Below are positions 60,797 through 61,736 of a stretch of 61,736 nucleotides of DNA, in pieces. Source of the stretch: a virus. The stretch lies in the IMG/VR virus record IMGVR_UViG_3300031454_000003, positions 1 to 61,736 of that record; one strand, 5' to 3'. The first letter of the stretch is position 1; each line of letters opens with the position of its first letter. Position numbers and translations under genes: made by a program. The notes beneath the pieces are model-generated. The model was given only the letters and a program-made list of their open reading frames with translations, made no database searches and had not been told where the DNA came from.

Positions 60797-61405
60797 TTAA
60801 AAAAGCCTCCCTGCAAAATCAAGGGGGCTTCTAGCGTGCTTACTCAAATTGCATGTAGGGCAACTGCACACTAGATTCTCTGGGCCGTTAGAACCGCCTT
60901 TTGAAAGTGCTACAACATGGTCAACGTGGTACTTACCCTTGCCGGACTTCTTGAGCTTGGCTCCACACCACCAGCACATGCCTTTTTGGGCATCAAACTG
61001 CCTAGCCACATCCTCGGCGGTATGTGTGCCTTGAGCGCCGCGCTTAAGTGCCTGCCTTTTTCTTTGATAAGCTGCATCTTTGTCAAGGTTTGCTTTTCTC
61101 CAAGCTGTTTTTCTTCCTGGGTTTTCTTCACACCACCTTGCAGTACGCGCCCTTGCTTCTGCGGCATGGGTGGCGCTATACTCCCTATTTTTTTCTATAA
61201 ACCTTGTGCGATTGGCTGCGTAATGTATTTTCGCTTTGTGTCTATTTTCCGCGCGATTGGCTAGGTAGTGTTCTCTCTGATACTCCTTAACGCAAACTCT
61301 ACAGTGTGATGATAAACCACTTTTAGACCGAGAGTATTTAAGAAATTCCGATGGGGGTTTCTTTTCCTTGCACTTATTACAACATTTCAGCGATAAACTA
61401 TCCAT
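60797..61405 (-). CDS. HNH endonuclease, family A
   Basis: QKGMCWWCGAKLKKSGKGKYHVDHVVALSKGGSNGPENLVCSCPTCNLSKHARSPLDFAGRLF. Confidence 0.85.
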   Translation of the reverse strand: MDSLSLKCCNKCKEKKPPSEFLKYSRSKSGLSSHCRVCVKEYQREHYLANRAENRHKAKIHYAANRTRFIEKNREYSATHAAEARARTARWCEENPGRKTAWRKANLDKDAAYQRKRQALKRGAQGTHTAEDVARQFDAQKGMCWWCGAKLKKSGKGKYHVDHVVALSKGGSNGPENLVCSCPTCNLSKHARSPLDFAGRLF

Positions 61406-61432
61406 TAGCTCAACTCCTCATAAGTTGGGTTA

Positions 61433-61487
61433 GCGTCCCTTTCGGCAAACTTCCACGTATGCCGTCTGGGACGCGCTTATTATATCA
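61433..61487 (-). promoter_or_regulatory. private HNH promoter (TGaTATAAT) plus nested leader hairpin
   Basis: TGATATAAT aagc GCGTCCC AGAC GGCA tacgtggaagtt TGCC GAAA GGGACGC. Confidence 0.55.
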
Positions 61488-61490
61488 TCA

Positions 61491-61622
61491 TCAGCGCCGC
61501 CTCGGTCGCCGCGACCACTCGAGGGTGCTAGCCGGTTCAGCGCCGCGCCCCAGACGCTCTACGGTGTCACGCATCATCTCAGCGGTAACGCGGTTGGGGA
61601 CCGGGTTACGAATTCTTGGCAT
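61491..61622 (-). CDS. 43-aa ORF ending in the same 12 residues as the tape measure
   Basis: AAGGAG lies 6 nt before the ATG. MPRIRNPVPNRVTAEMMRDTVERLGRGAEPASTLEWSRRPRRR. Confidence 0.5.
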   Translation of the reverse strand: MPRIRNPVPNRVTAEMMRDTVERLGRGAEPASTLEWSRRPRRR

Positions 61623-61642
61623 GGTGGCTCCTTAAAGGCATG

Positions 61643-61667
61643 AAAAAAGCGCCCGGTGAGGGGCGCT
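61643..61667 (-). terminator. intrinsic terminator after the HicA-like gene, abutting the next SD
   Basis: Sense strand reads AGCGCCC ctcacc GGGCGCT TTTTTT. Confidence 0.65.
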
Positions 61668-61692
61668 GGTATATCAGGTTCTTTCTTTTACT

Positions 61693-61736
61693 CTATGAGG
61701 TTGACGCTTCTCAGCTCATCACAGTAATCTTCGTGG
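61693..61736. repeat. second copy of the 44-bp terminal repeat
   Basis: Identical to 1..44. Confidence 0.95.

Noticed and set aside
1-61736. Diversity-generating retroelement, retron or CRISPR-Cas content
   Set aside because: No reverse-transcriptase-like ORF, no template/variable repeat pair near the fibre, no cas genes and no array were seen. The fibre repeats are in-frame peptide repeats, not TR/VR pairs.

Overview
The window is a complete, circularly closed phage genome. The first 44 nt are repeated exactly at the end, so the unique length is about 61.7 kb. It looks like a temperate, long-tailed siphovirus-type phage with mid-to-high GC content.

Nearly everything is on the minus strand as one long chain of genes, many joined by ATGA/GTGA start/stop overlaps.
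- 38511 down to about 22256: early, replication and recombination genes. These include a ParB-like protein, a Rad52-like annealase, a Dam-family methyltransferase, an HTH initiator-like protein with a G-tract origin candidate, an SF2 helicase, a zinc-ribbon/Toprim primase, MazG, and a Pol-beta-fold nucleotidyltransferase.
- 22143 down to 893: terminase small and large subunits, portal, scaffold, decoration-like protein, major capsid, head-tail genes, major tail protein with an Ig-like domain, and a 3050-aa tape measure.
- Across the circular junction, 61622 down to 49681: tail tip, a 1138-aa fibre, an HslV/proteasome-like protein, two large unknown proteins, an M15 endolysin, and a holin-like protein.
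- About 38.9-50.2 kb: an accessory/lysogeny block of mixed orientation. It holds a LexA/CI-type repressor, a lipoprotein flanked by DnaA boxes, a large serine integrase, a Cro-like HTH operon containing a release-factor-domain mini-protein, and an envelope cluster with a secreted SNase-Excalibur nuclease.

Six free-standing HNH endonuclease genes are scattered through the genome, each with a private promoter and leader hairpin. I found no rRNA, no convincing tRNA, no CRISPR array and no reverse transcriptase.

The observations I rate highest are:
- About 8-fold enrichment of CTCGAG, with sharp deserts.
- A C-terminal peptide shared by the tape measure and a 43-aa ORF, differing only at synonymous sites.
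- The HNH cassette architecture.
- Two ORFs whose Shine-Dalgarno sequence faces an in-frame ATC.
- The Ser1 proteasome-like gene.
- A GGQ-to-GGR release-factor mini-domain.
- The DnaA-box clusters.
- The poly-G iteron region.
- An immunity region with a roughly 370-nt terminator-containing leader.
- A repeat shared by the repressor linker and the tail fibre.

All functional calls come from reading the translations and motifs by eye. No database search was run.
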